The position numbers were made by a program, and so were the translations under genes. From positions 1 through 37,646 of the forward strand of contig DASUDH010000080.1 of NCBI GenBank assembly GCA_036275675.1: a stretch of DNA of 37,646 bases, written 5' to 3'. Positions 19,547 to 28,877 of the stretch are shown here, piece by piece. Position 1 is the stretch's first letter. Each line of letters opens with the position of its first letter. The notes beneath the pieces are model-generated. The model was not told where the DNA came from, ran no database searches, and saw only the letters and a list, made by a program, of their open reading frames with translations. The DNA comes from Solirubrobacteraceae bacterium. GTDB lineage: Bacteria > Actinomycetota > Thermoleophilia > Solirubrobacterales > Solirubrobacteraceae.

Positions 19547-19876
19547 GTGCCGGGGTTCGACAACGCGATCCACCAGTGGCAGCAGGGCGAGCGGCGTCTC
19601 GCGCAGGCGCCGGCCGAGCGCGGACTGCTCCTGCAACTGATCACGGACACGCTCGTCGCCGAGCTGCGCCGGCGCCTTGGGGGGCGCTTCGCGGCGGCAG
19701 AGCTCGTCGAGCTCTACGAAGGCGACACCTCCTGGTGCCTGCAGCTCGCTATGGACACCGCCCCGCAGGATCCATGGGCGTGGGACTCGCGCGTGGTCGT
19801 CGACGCCGCCTTCGCGCGCTACCTGCGCGAGGCGGTCGACTATGCCGGGGGACGCCTCATCCCCGCTGAGGGGTAG
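19547..19876 (+). CDS. Hypothetical protein
   Basis: 109 aa, host-like codon usage, TAGCCT -10 at 19533. Confidence 0.7.
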   Translation: MPGFDNAIHQWQQGERRLAQAPAERGLLLQLITDTLVAELRRRLGGRFAAAELVELYEGDTSWCLQLAMDTAPQDPWAWDSRVVVDAAFARYLREAVDYAGGRLIPAEG

Positions 19877-19909
19877 CGACCCCACGCCGGACGTCGTGCA
19901 AACGAGCTT

Positions 19910-20452
19910 CTAGTCTTCGCTGCCGGCGCGGCGGATCACGATCTGATCCTCTTCGATCGTGACCTCGACCGGGCGGTGACCGGCCCAGTGCTCGGCGTAG
20001 ATCGGATTGTCTTGAACGGCGGGGTCCAGCCACAGGCCATAGCCCTCTTCGCCGTGGTCGAATGTGCCCTCCAGCGGTCCCGCGTCGCGCGGAGTGGACC
20101 GGCGTCCGCGACGTCCACGCCTGCGGCGGGGGCTCGACGGAGCGCTCTCCTCCTCGCTCCCGGCTTGTGCTTCTGTCTCGGCCTTCGCGCGCTCGGCTTC
20201 CATCGCGGCTTCCAGTTCGGCGGCGATCAGCTCGTCGTCCTCGGCCCGCAGGTCGATCTCCTCGGGATAGGCGACCGCGGTGTCGAGTCCCTCGGAGGTA
20301 CCCTCGTCACCGAGGAGCTCGTTCTGCCGCTTGAACTGCTCGATCTCCTGGACGGTGACCTCGAGCTGGTGGGCCACCCACGCGTCGGTACGGCCTTGTC
20401 GTACCCAGCTTCGGATCTGGTTTAGGTGCGGGCGCAGTGATCTACGTGCCAT
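19910..20452 (-). CDS. Hypothetical protein: N-terminal HTH-like domain, acidic and Arg-rich linker, C-terminal AbrB/MazE-like domain
   Basis: WVRQGRTDAWVAHQLEVTVQEIEQFKR; GYGLWLDP...VEVTIEEDQIVIRR. Confidence 0.75.
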   Translation of the reverse strand: MARRSLRPHLNQIRSWVRQGRTDAWVAHQLEVTVQEIEQFKRQNELLGDEGTSEGLDTAVAYPEEIDLRAEDDELIAAELEAAMEAERAKAETEAQAGSEEESAPSSPRRRRGRRGRRSTPRDAGPLEGTFDHGEEGYGLWLDPAVQDNPIYAEHWAGHRPVEVTIEEDQIVIRRAGSED

Positions 20453-20643
20453 GAACGGCCCGGGAGACTAGCGCATGCTTCGATGGCTCGCTGACCCGGT
20501 CGTTCCGCAATCGAGGACAGCCTCGAGTCTCGCTTGCAGGGAGCGCATCTGCGTTCAGTCGGTTGGGACACTATGCTTGCGAGTAGGGCGGGACCGGGGG
20601 CGATCTCGCCTTACGTCCATGGCCAACTAGAAGGGTGCAGCCC

Positions 20644-20886
20644 ATGCTGGTTCTGACGCGCAAGCCCAACCAGAGCATCATGATCGGGGATGACATAGAG
20701 GTGTCGGTGCTGTCAGTGGCGGGCGACAAGGTGCGTATCGGCATCCATGCACCCCAGGACATCCCGGTGTTCCGTACCGAGATATACGTCGAGATCCAGC
20801 GCGAGGGGGACGAGCGGAGTCCCTCGAGCGATGATGTCCGCGCGGAGGTCGACGATGCCCTGGACGGGTTGCGCGACTCTTCCTGA
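20644..20886 (+). CDS. csrA: Carbon storage regulator CsrA
   Basis: MLVLTRK..SIMIGDDIEVSVL...VRIGIHAP.DIPVFRTEIY. Confidence 0.93.
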   Translation: MLVLTRKPNQSIMIGDDIEVSVLSVAGDKVRIGIHAPQDIPVFRTEIYVEIQREGDERSPSSDDVRAEVDDALDGLRDSS

Positions 20887-20923
20887 GGCAGAGCGCGGCT
20901 CTTTCTGAGGCAGTGCGCGAGTC
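20871..20923 (+). repeat. Imperfect 22-bp tandem duplication spanning the csrA stop
   Basis: GCGCGACTCTTCCTGAGGCAGA / GCGCGGCTCTTTCTGAGGCAGT (19/22 identical) plus partial third copy. Confidence 0.6.
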
Positions 20924-21009
20924 CCTGGCCTTATGCGCGGGCCGATTCGGCCCCTCCTCGAAGGCCTGGCGCGTTCGGGGCACGGGACGCTCCCGTCAGC
21001 TTGGTCTGC

Positions 21010-21249
21010 TCAGCTGAGCAGCAGGTAGAGCGTGCGGAACATGATGGCCGTGACGATCGCCGCGGTCATGACGAGCGTCAGCACGAGCAGCACGAAGCGG
21101 ACCGACCCGCGCTTATGACGCCTGTTCACCTCGCGCCTGATCGCGCGCTGCTCGGCGGTGCGTCTCAGCGACGCCCGCCGATGGCGCTCCATCGAGATCT
21201 CCCTCGCGAAGGCGCGCTCGAGCTCGGTCAGGCTCTGCCTCATCTTCAT
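21010..21249 (-). CDS. Small basic protein with C-terminal TM helix
   Basis: 79 aa; AGGAG SD upstream; follows DUF2090 gene. Confidence 0.7.
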   Translation of the reverse strand: MKMRQSLTELERAFAREISMERHRRASLRRTAEQRAIRREVNRRHKRGSVRFVLLVLTLVMTAAIVTAIMFRTLYLLLS

Positions 21250-21280
21250 GACCGCGATCTCCTACAGGCTGGCGCGTCCA

Positions 21281-22207
21281 CTACCCGACGGGCGTCATGC
21301 CCTCGGCGCGCTCGTAGACCTTTATGAAGCGCAGGTAGTTCTCGGCGATCTCGCGAGCGCCGGCTGAACGTTCGATCTTGCCGTCGACGTATTCCTTGAG
21401 CGGGTTCCACCAGATCGAGCGGCCGATCGCGAAACCCACGAAGCCATCCACGGGGGCGGCCTGCGCGAGCCAGTGGTCGACCTTCGCGTCGTCTGCGCCG
21501 CGACCGAGCACGACGCACACGACGTCGTCGCGGCCGCCCGTGCGAGCCTGGGCGGCGAGCATTTCGCAGTCGGAGCGCTCGTCGACGCCCTCGATCTTCC
21601 AGATGTCGACCTCGATGCCGGCGTCTTGGATCTCCACGATGACCCGGCGCATCAGCTCGGGACGCAGCTCCGCGTCATAGCGCTCGGCGCTGCCGTCCAC
21701 CGCCTGCAACTGGGCGTCCTCCGCGGGCACGAGCAGCTCGAACAGGAACTTGCGGTCGTGTGCGTGCAGCCAGTCAGACAGGCGCCGCAGCTTCTGAAGC
21801 TGCTCGCGGTTGCCCTCAGGGTCCCCGTCCGGGTTGTAGCGGACGAGCACCTTCGTGAAGTCCGGGTCGAAGCGCTCGATGTGCTCGCCGAACTGCTCGC
21901 CGTACTGGAAGTCGAACATGTTCTGACCCGAGCGCTCGGCGGGCATGGCGAGCTTCAGGCCCTGGGTGCGAGCTTCCTCGGGCACCGACCCGCCGAACTG
22001 CTCGTCGACGAGCACGCCCGTCACCGAAGCATCCGCTCCTGCGGCCACTGCCCGCTGCAGTCCCTCGAAGATGAGGTGCTTGGCGTCGGCGATCATCGCG
22101 GTCTGCTCAGGGTCCGGATCGCCCTCGATCCCGAAGAACTTCTTCTGGAACGAGCCGCGGTGGTCGAAGGCGAGGATGTAGAGCTTCTTCTCGTAGCCGA
22201 GTTGCAT
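21281..22207 (-). CDS. DUF2090 / LacD-like class I aldolase (IolC C-terminal-like), standalone
   Basis: YILAFDHRGS, KVLVRY, LFELLVP, DIWKIE Schiff-base Lys, GFAIGRSIW; ATG 22207 with AAGGA. Confidence 0.85.
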   Translation of the reverse strand: MQLGYEKKLYILAFDHRGSFQKKFFGIEGDPDPEQTAMIADAKHLIFEGLQRAVAAGADASVTGVLVDEQFGGSVPEEARTQGLKLAMPAERSGQNMFDFQYGEQFGEHIERFDPDFTKVLVRYNPDGDPEGNREQLQKLRRLSDWLHAHDRKFLFELLVPAEDAQLQAVDGSAERYDAELRPELMRRVIVEIQDAGIEVDIWKIEGVDERSDCEMLAAQARTGGRDDVVCVVLGRGADDAKVDHWLAQAAPVDGFVGFAIGRSIWWNPLKEYVDGKIERSAGAREIAENYLRFIKVYERAEGMTPVG

Positions 22208-22343
22208 CGATCGGTTTCCTTTGGCAGTCGCTGATACGGCCTCGCCGCGCGCACACACGGCGCCCGCGGGAACCGGCTAGGACGACCGCACTCTATCGCC
22301 GGGACCGCTCCGGTGGTGCTCGATTGGCTCTTAGAATGACACG

Positions 22344-23111
22344 ATGCCCTCAGGCGCTGATCTGTTCGTGGTCTGCAAGAAGTGTGGATCGGAGGTCAGC
22401 CCGTACATAACCGAGTGCCCTTACTGTGGCCACCGGCTGCGCCGGCGCGCGCCGAAGCTGCCGCGTGACCGCTTGGGCAATCCGCGCCGGGGACTGTTTC
22501 AACGAGCATCGCTCGGCCGTCTGCGCCGCGGTGAGATCGTCGGAGTGCGCGTCGACACGCCGCCATACGCCACGATCGCCCTCGTGGCCGCGAGCTGCGG
22601 CGTGTGGATAGCTGCACAGGGCGCCTATGTGAACCTGGGCAAGCTCGTGATCGCGGGTCCCCTGCACGGCGACTGGTGGCGGCTGCTGAGCAGCCAGTTC
22701 GTCTATGGGCGCGGCTTCTCTAGTGGCCTGTTCATGTTCGCTGCGCTGCTCTCCGTCGCGATCTTCGGTGGACTGCTCGAGCGCCGCCACGGCACGCTCG
22801 TCGTGCTCGCGCTGTTCTTCGCGGCGGGAGCCACGGGCGCGCTGGCCGCCGAGGCGCTCTATGCGTTCCCGATCGTCAGCGGCGCGAACGCGGGCGGGCT
22901 CGCGCTGCTCGCCGCGTGGGCGGCTCCCAACCTGGCGGCGGCCCGAGCCGGCCACTACTACGAGGCGGACCTCCTCGCCGCCGCCGCGATCGCCGCGGTG
23001 CTGCTCGCAATGCCATTCGCGCGACCGGAGGTGAGCTGGCTGGCGGGCGTCGCCGGCGGAGCGCTCGGCCTGACCCTGGGGCTCGGCTTGAGCCGTGCGA
23101 GGTCCGTTTGA
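22344..23111 (+). CDS. Zinc-ribbon plus rhomboid-fold membrane protein lacking catalytic Ser/His
   Basis: CKKC..CPYC; WWRLLS loop; GANAG in place of GxSG; WLAGVAGG in place of AHxxG; TAGAAT -10 6 nt before ATG. Confidence 0.8.
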   Translation: MPSGADLFVVCKKCGSEVSPYITECPYCGHRLRRRAPKLPRDRLGNPRRGLFQRASLGRLRRGEIVGVRVDTPPYATIALVAASCGVWIAAQGAYVNLGKLVIAGPLHGDWWRLLSSQFVYGRGFSSGLFMFAALLSVAIFGGLLERRHGTLVVLALFFAAGATGALAAEALYAFPIVSGANAGGLALLAAWAAPNLAAARAGHYYEADLLAAAAIAAVLLAMPFARPEVSWLAGVAGGALGLTLGLGLSRARSV

Positions 23112-23184
23112 GCTCTCGCGGGACCCGCGGGCCGTGGCCGGCTCGAAACGGACAGGGTCCGAAGCGGCCTATGATGGGACCGCT

Positions 23185-23556
23185 TTGCCGGACCGTTCCT
23201 ACACCGCAGCCGAGGTGGACGCAGCTCTCGCGGCGCTGGTCGAGCCAGGACGTCTGGAGCACGCCCAGGACGTCGTGGTGCACGCGGCTCCTACGCTCCA
23301 GCGGGTGCTCGCTGAGGCACTCGCCGAAGGAGGTTGGTTCGGGGAGGCACACGCCGCCGAGGTAAGCCGCGCATCCGCGGAGAACGACGAGAGCGAGCGC
23401 GCCCGCGCAGTGAGTACGCTCGTGGCCGAGCAGACACGGCTCGGCATGTTTGTGGGCGTCGCGGTCGGCTTCGAACTGGCTCACGAGCTTGCCCACCAAC
23501 GCGAGTCCGGGGCGGGCGGGTCTCGCGACACTCAAACACCGATAGAGGAGCACTGA
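23185..23556 (+). CDS. Hypothetical protein
   Basis: TTG start 23185 after TATGAT -10 (23170); EQTRLGMFVGVAVGFELA; coupled to next gene. Confidence 0.7.
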   Translation: MPDRSYTAAEVDAALAALVEPGRLEHAQDVVVHAAPTLQRVLAEALAEGGWFGEAHAAEVSRASAENDESERARAVSTLVAEQTRLGMFVGVAVGFELAHELAHQRESGAGGSRDTQTPIEEH

Positions 23557-23558
23557 AC

Positions 23559-24239
23559 ATGCAGATTCGCTTTCTCGGCCATGCGGCTTTCGAGCTCACC
23601 GACGGCGAGGCCTCGGTGCTGATCGACCCGTTCCTGACGGGCAACCCGAAGGCGGCCGTCTCCGCGAAGGAGCTGAGCCCCGATGCGATCCTGCTCACTC
23701 ACGGCCACGCCGACCACATCGGCGACACGGCGGCGATCGCCAAGCGCACGGGCGCACACGTCGTGGCGATCGTGGAGATCGCAAACGAGCTCGGCGAAGA
23801 GGGCCTTGCGAACGTCCACGACCCGAACATCGGCGGCACGGTCGAGCTCGAGTGGGGCTCGGCGAAGCTGGTGCCCGCCTGGCACACCTCGACGACCCCG
23901 AAGGGCACCGTCAACACGCCGGCGGGCTTGATCGTGAGATTTGGTGGCAAGACGATCTATCACCTGGGCGACACGAGCCTGTTCTCGGACCTTGGCCTGA
24001 ACGCGAAGCTGGCGGGAGGTATCGACGTGGCGCTGATGTGCATCGGGGGGCACTACACGATGGACCGTCACGACGCCGTCGAGGCCGCACGGCTGATCGG
24101 CGCGAGGCAGGTGATCCCGTGCCATTACGACACGGTCCCTCCGATCGAGACCGACGCGCAGGCGTTCAAGGCGGACGTCGAGGCGCAGGGGATCTCCGAG
24201 GTGATCGTGCTCGCGCCGGGCGACACCCATTCACCATGA
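23559..24239 (+). CDS. UPF0173 metallo-beta-lactamase-fold hydrolase
   Basis: FLGHAAF, IDPFL, THGHADH, YHLGDT, IPCHY; GAGGAG SD. Confidence 0.9.
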   Translation: MQIRFLGHAAFELTDGEASVLIDPFLTGNPKAAVSAKELSPDAILLTHGHADHIGDTAAIAKRTGAHVVAIVEIANELGEEGLANVHDPNIGGTVELEWGSAKLVPAWHTSTTPKGTVNTPAGLIVRFGGKTIYHLGDTSLFSDLGLNAKLAGGIDVALMCIGGHYTMDRHDAVEAARLIGARQVIPCHYDTVPPIETDAQAFKADVEAQGISEVIVLAPGDTHSP

Positions 24240-24336
24240 CCGCCGCAGCGACGTGCGGGCACGAAGGCGAGAGCGGCGGGAGTGTGCCGCTGGCAGGTGA
24301 TCGCAGCCAGTCGCCAGCGAACTGGGTCGTGCGGAC

Positions 24337-24618
24337 ATGACGATGACGCACGCGGTCGTCCTGATCGAAGCCGAGCGCGACGCCCTGTCCACGCTCGGCG
24401 GCGAGCTAGCGGACATCGAGGGGGTCGCGGAGGCCTATTCGGTAACCGGGCAGTGGGATTTCGTGGCGATTGTGCGCGTCCCCGACCACGAGCAGTTGGC
24501 GGACGTCGTCACCGACAGGATCGGAAGACTCTCCGGGGTTGGGCGGACCCAGACGATGGTTGCGTTCGCCGCGTTCTCAAGGCATGACCTGGAGGCGCTG
24601 TTCTCCATCGGCGAGTAA
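24337..24618 (+). CDS. Standalone Lrp/AsnC ligand-binding (RAM) domain protein
   Basis: AVVLIEAE...GVAEAYSVTGQWDFVAIV...GVGRTQT; no HTH. Confidence 0.85.
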   Translation: MTMTHAVVLIEAERDALSTLGGELADIEGVAEAYSVTGQWDFVAIVRVPDHEQLADVVTDRIGRLSGVGRTQTMVAFAAFSRHDLEALFSIGE

Positions 24619-24629
24619 GAATCTGACCG

Positions 24630-25268
24630 ATGGCGTCCGTGCCGTTGAAGCCGCAGTACGGCCCGACGCTCGGCAGGCTGCTCGAACCGCGCTGGCGGTC
24701 GGCGGCCCCGGTCGTGCGCGTTGTTGCGATCGCGGCAGCCACCGGTCTGCTCGTGCTCGCGACCGGGGCTGTGCTGACGCTGCTGGACGCAAGCTATTCG
24801 CACGGCGGGCGGATGCCGTTCAGCTTCAAGTACAAGGGGCTCAACCGCACGGCGCCGAACCCCGGCGGCTACGTGAAGGTGACGCGCCTCTCAGCCGGGC
24901 GGCTCGACGACTCCTATGCGGTCGCGCCGCTCGTACTCGCCCCCTATGGCGCCAGCGTGACCGGCGAGCTGCCGCTGTTCGCGGCCGGTTACACCCGTGC
25001 GCTCGCCGGACGCTTCCCGCGCTTCAGGCTCGAAGGGGAGGGCAAGACGCGCATCACCTCGACACTCGTCGGCTATGACGTGCGCTATAGCGCGCTCGTC
25101 GACGGGCGCACGGTGTATGGGCGGGACGTGATGCTGCTTCCCGGACGGCGCAGTGCTCGCGAAGGCGTCGTGATCGAGATGCTGAGCGACGAACGGGCGA
25201 GCGTGTCAAAGCCGATGGGGAGCTCCGGAGTGCTCGAAACGCCACTGAAGACGTTTGCGTTCGGGTAG
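24630..25268 (+). CDS. Membrane-anchored hypothetical protein
   Basis: Single N-terminal TM helix, host-like codon usage, operonic position. Confidence 0.65.
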   Translation: MASVPLKPQYGPTLGRLLEPRWRSAAPVVRVVAIAAATGLLVLATGAVLTLLDASYSHGGRMPFSFKYKGLNRTAPNPGGYVKVTRLSAGRLDDSYAVAPLVLAPYGASVTGELPLFAAGYTRALAGRFPRFRLEGEGKTRITSTLVGYDVRYSALVDGRTVYGRDVMLLPGRRSAREGVVIEMLSDERASVSKPMGSSGVLETPLKTFAFG

Positions 25269-25291
25269 CAGATCAAAGCTACGCGGCTTTG

Positions 25292-26857
25292 CTACGGGGC
25301 CGACGTGGCGCCGTCTTTCGGCGTCGCTCCGTTTGGAACCTGCGGCGGCGGTGAAGGATCGGCTTTTGTGACACTCGGTGTGGTCTTGCCAATGCCTTCG
25401 GGAGCGGGTGGTGTTGTCGGAGTCGTCGTGGTGGGCGGCGGCGTCGGGGTCGTTTCGGTCGTGCCCGGTGGTGGTGGCGGCGTGGTGGTCGTTCCGGTGG
25501 ACGGGACTTCTGCGGGAGCGGGCGGAGAGCTCGGCGGCGCCTGACTGCTCGGGAGCTGTGTCGAGTCGGTCGTCACCTCGGTTACTGGCGGGGTCGCGGG
25601 CTTGGGGACGGTTGGCGTCGCATTGTGTGCGACTCCAAGCGTGAGCGTGGTCGTCGTGGGAACGACCTGTGGGACGGCGATCTTTGCCTTCTTGGTGGCA
25701 TGGACCTTGAGCTTCGTAGCCGCGTGCGCTCTGCCGGCATCGTGCGAGGAGACCGTGACCGGTTGAGAGGTCGAGCGCATGACCACCGGTTCGCTCGCAC
25801 GGGACGCGTCCGCGATCGACGCGACCGCGACCGCATGGTGATGGTGGTGGCTCACGGCATGGTCGGCCTCGACGGTGCTCGCGGTGACGACCGCGGCTAC
25901 CGCGAGCCCTGCGACTGCCTTCGTCGCCAGTGCGCTCGCGCCCGCCGTCAGCAGACCGCCACCGGCGCTGACGCTCCCAGCCGCTCCAGCTCCCGCTGCT
26001 GCGCCTGCCCCGCCGGCGCCCGCCACGTGGGCTCCCCCTGCGCCGGCGGTTGACCCGAGCTTGGTGAGCGCGAGCTTCTTCAGCAGCAGCAGCGGTCCCA
26101 CCGGAAGCATTGCGGCGAGCGCGACGTTGTTGTCCTTCAGTTGCTTGCGGAATGCGCGGCAGCGCTCGCAATCGCGCACATGACGGCGCACGGCCGGAGT
26201 TGTCTTGAGCAGGCCCTCGGCGACTTCCCCGAGCTCCATCCGAGCCTGCTCACAAGTCAGCCTGCGTGCCTCCGCCGCCTCGGCGAGTGAGATGCGGGCG
26301 CGCACCAGCAGCGACTTGACGGCAGGCACGGTGGTTTCCATCGCGTCTGAGATCTGCTCGTAGGAGAGCGCATCGATCTCGCGCAACAGCAGAGCGGTGC
26401 GCTGTGTCTCGGGGAGCTGCCGCACGTCGCCGATCAACTGCCTGAAGCTCTCGCGGCGCATCACCTTCTCGGCCGTCGACAGCCCGTTGTCGGCGAAGTG
26501 CACATCCATGGAGTCGACCCCGATGGCGCTCGCCCGGCGCAGGTGGTTGAGCGAGCGGTTGCGCGCGATCCGGTAGAGCCATGGTCGCACGTTGATCTCA
26601 CGCTCGTCGGCGAGGATCGCATTGAATGCAGCGGCGAACACCTCCTGGAGCACGTCCTCGGCATCCTCGCGCGAGCCGAGCATGTGCCGGCAGAATGCGA
26701 GCAGGCGCGACTGATAGCGCGAGAAGAGCGTCTCGAACGCCGCGTGCTGCCCGCGACGGATCAGCGCGATCAGGCGCTCGTCGGATTGCAGGCGCAACAG
26801 CGGGGAGGGGCTCCTCAGGGCGGGCGCAACGGGGGCTTTTAGTGCGGAGACCTCCAC
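25292..26857 (-). CDS. ECF sigma factor fused to ZAS anti-sigma domain, TM helix and Pro/Thr-rich extracytoplasmic tail
   Basis: AEDVLQEVF..PWLYRIARN (sigma2), LPETQRTALLL..LSYEQIS..VKSLLVRAR (sigma4), C-x23-HxxxCxxC, hydrophobic AVAGLAVAAVV; GAAAGGA SD. Confidence 0.88.
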   Translation of the reverse strand: MEVSALKAPVAPALRSPSPLLRLQSDERLIALIRRGQHAAFETLFSRYQSRLLAFCRHMLGSREDAEDVLQEVFAAAFNAILADEREINVRPWLYRIARNRSLNHLRRASAIGVDSMDVHFADNGLSTAEKVMRRESFRQLIGDVRQLPETQRTALLLREIDALSYEQISDAMETTVPAVKSLLVRARISLAEAAEARRLTCEQARMELGEVAEGLLKTTPAVRRHVRDCERCRAFRKQLKDNNVALAAMLPVGPLLLLKKLALTKLGSTAGAGGAHVAGAGGAGAAAGAGAAGSVSAGGGLLTAGASALATKAVAGLAVAAVVTASTVEADHAVSHHHHHAVAVASIADASRASEPVVMRSTSQPVTVSSHDAGRAHAATKLKVHATKKAKIAVPQVVPTTTTLTLGVAHNATPTVPKPATPPVTEVTTDSTQLPSSQAPPSSPPAPAEVPSTGTTTTPPPPPGTTETTPTPPPTTTTPTTPPAPEGIGKTTPSVTKADPSPPPQVPNGATPKDGATSAP

Positions 26858-26890
26858 GGCGGTCCTTTCGCTGCGTTTGCTCCTACAGAC

Positions 26891-26899
26891 ACCGTATCA
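26891..26899 (-). promoter_or_regulatory. Extended -10 promoter candidate for the ECF gene
   Basis: TGaTACGGT on minus strand, with GGAAAC further upstream. Confidence 0.4.
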
Positions 26900-27006
26900 A
26901 TGAAGTAGTTGCGGTTTCCTGAAGCAGCCTCGCGCCCTTAGCACCCGAGCCCCGTCCTCCACACGAGACACGGAGCGTCCGTGCTTGGGTAGAGTCGCGA
27001 GCGCCG

Positions 27007-28671
27007 ATGTCCATGCAGAGCACGCAGGAGAGCACCGATCAGGCCCAGGAGCTGCACGGCGGACGGTTGATAGCTCGCCGCCTGAAGGCGCATGGCGTGA
27101 GCAAGCTGTTCACGCTGTCGGGCGGGCACCTGTTCTCGATCTACGACGGGTGCCGCGCAGAGGGCATCGATATCGTGGACGTCAGGCACGAGCAGACGGC
27201 CGCTTTCGCTGCAGAGGGTTGGGCGAAGGTGACGCGTGAACCGGGCGTGTGCGCGCTGACGGCCGGACCGGGTGTCACCAACGGCATGAGCGCGATCGCG
27301 AGCGCCCAGGCCAACCACACGCCGATACTCGTGCTCGGCGGGAGGGCGCCGGCGATGCGCTGGGGGCAGGGTTCGCTGCAGGAGATCGACCACGTGCCGC
27401 TCGTGCGCCCGCTGTGCAAGCTCGCGACGACCGCGCAGAGCACGGCGGAGATCCCCGGACTGGTGGACGAGGCGCTTGCGACCGCGATGACGCCCCACAG
27501 CGGGCCGGCGTTCCTCGACTTCCCGCTCGACTATGTGTTCATGGACGCGCCTGAGCCCGAACCGGCACCCCGGCGCGAGAGGCAGGAGGCGGGGGGAGCA
27601 GACCCCGAAGCGATCGAACGGGCCGCGCGGCTGTTGAGCGAGGCCGAGCGCCCTGTGGTGATGGCGGGCACCGACCTCTACTGGGGCCATGGCGAGCAGG
27701 CGCTGATCGAGATCGCCGAGACGCTGCGGATTCCCGTGTTCCTGAACGGTCTCGCGCGAGGATGCATCCCCGCAGACCACGAGCTGTTCCTCTCGCGCAC
27801 ACGCTCACAGGCGTTGGAGGAGGCCGACGTGGCGCTCGTGATCGGGGTGCCGATGGACTTCCGGCTCGGCTTCGGCGGCTCATTTGGCGAGGACACCTCG
27901 ATCGTGGCGATCGACGTGGCCGAACCGCAGCGCAGGCATCCGCGCGAGCCGGCGGTGGAGCTGTATGGCGGGCTCGCGTCGACGCTTGCCGACTTGTGCG
28001 CGGCAGCGGGTGGCAAGGCACTCCACAGCGAGCCCTGGATCGCTGGCTTGCGGGCGGCCGAGGTCGAGCGGCGCACGGCCGAGCGCGCCGAGCTCGACGA
28101 CGACCGCGCCCCGCTTCATCCGATGCGGCTGTATGCGGAGCTCGGAAAGGCGCTCGACCGCGACGCGATCGTGATCGGAGACGGGGGCGATTTCGTCTCC
28201 TACGCGGGACGCGTGATCGACAGCTTCGAGCCGGGCTGCTGGCTTGATCCGGGTCCGTTCGGGTGTCTCGGGACAGGACCAGGATATGCGCTTGCGGCCA
28301 AGCTCGCGCACCCCGATCGTCAAGTCGTGCTGCTGCTCGGCGACGGCGCTTTCGGGTTCTCCGGAATGGAGTTCGACACGCTCGCGAGGCACGGCGTGAA
28401 CGTCGTCGGGGTGATGGGCAACAACGGGATCTGGGCGCTGGAGAAGCATCCGATGGAGTTCCTGTACGGATATTCGGTGGCGGCCGATCTGCGTCCCGTG
28501 ACCCGCTACGACGAGGTGGTGAAGGCACTCGGGGGGCACGGTGAGCTGGTGGAGCGACCACAAGACGTGGCGCTCGCGCTCGAACGGGCGTTCCAGGCGG
28601 GCAGGCCGGCCCTCGTGAACGTGCTGACCGACCCGCGCGTCGCCTATCCGCGCAAGTCGAACCTCGCCTGA
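27007..28671 (+). CDS. ThDP-dependent enzyme, acetolactate synthase-like (IlvG / 2-hydroxyacyl-CoA lyase subfamily)
   Basis: [29 protein letters not shown]...NN ThDP motif; no small subunit adjacent. Confidence 0.9.
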   Translation: MSMQSTQESTDQAQELHGGRLIARRLKAHGVSKLFTLSGGHLFSIYDGCRAEGIDIVDVRHEQTAAFAAEGWAKVTREPGVCALTAGPGVTNGMSAIASAQANHTPILVLGGRAPAMRWGQGSLQEIDHVPLVRPLCKLATTAQSTAEIPGLVDEALATAMTPHSGPAFLDFPLDYVFMDAPEPEPAPRRERQEAGGADPEAIERAARLLSEAERPVVMAGTDLYWGHGEQALIEIAETLRIPVFLNGLARGCIPADHELFLSRTRSQALEEADVALVIGVPMDFRLGFGGSFGEDTSIVAIDVAEPQRRHPREPAVELYGGLASTLADLCAAAGGKALHSEPWIAGLRAAEVERRTAERAELDDDRAPLHPMRLYAELGKALDRDAIVIGDGGDFVSYAGRVIDSFEPGCWLDPGPFGCLGTGPGYALAAKLAHPDRQVVLLLGDGAFGFSGMEFDTLARHGVNVVGVMGNNGIWALEKHPMEFLYGYSVAADLRPVTRYDEVVKALGGHGELVERPQDVALALERAFQAGRPALVNVLTDPRVAYPRKSNLA

Positions 28672-28681
28672 TCGGACTGCA

Positions 28682-28871
28682 TGAGACGAGGAAGCCGCCC
28701 GGGTGGACGGCTTCCTCAGGGGGCTTGGCCTCGAGACGAAGGCAGGGGTGCGAGCCTCGAGGCCGGGGTAGGATGGCCCGAACAGCGGGATTGCCGATTG
28801 ATCGACTGTCATCCGGGCCTATGGACCGGCCGTGAGGGGATGCGGCAGAGCCCCATGCCTCACTGCCGATG
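28682..28871 (-). ncRNA. Candidate structured sRNA: four hairpins with C-rich linkers/loop
   Basis: Stems 28688-97/28708-17, 28727-35/28756-64, 28775-80/28814-19, 28832-37/28858-63; sigma28-like promoter upstream. Confidence 0.45.
28688..28717. terminator. Strong hairpin, possibly bidirectional terminator
   Basis: GAGGAAGCCG/CGGCTTCCTC perfect 10-bp stem 16 nt after the ThDP-enzyme stop; no long U-tract. Confidence 0.55.
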
Positions 28872-28877
28872 CGGCCC

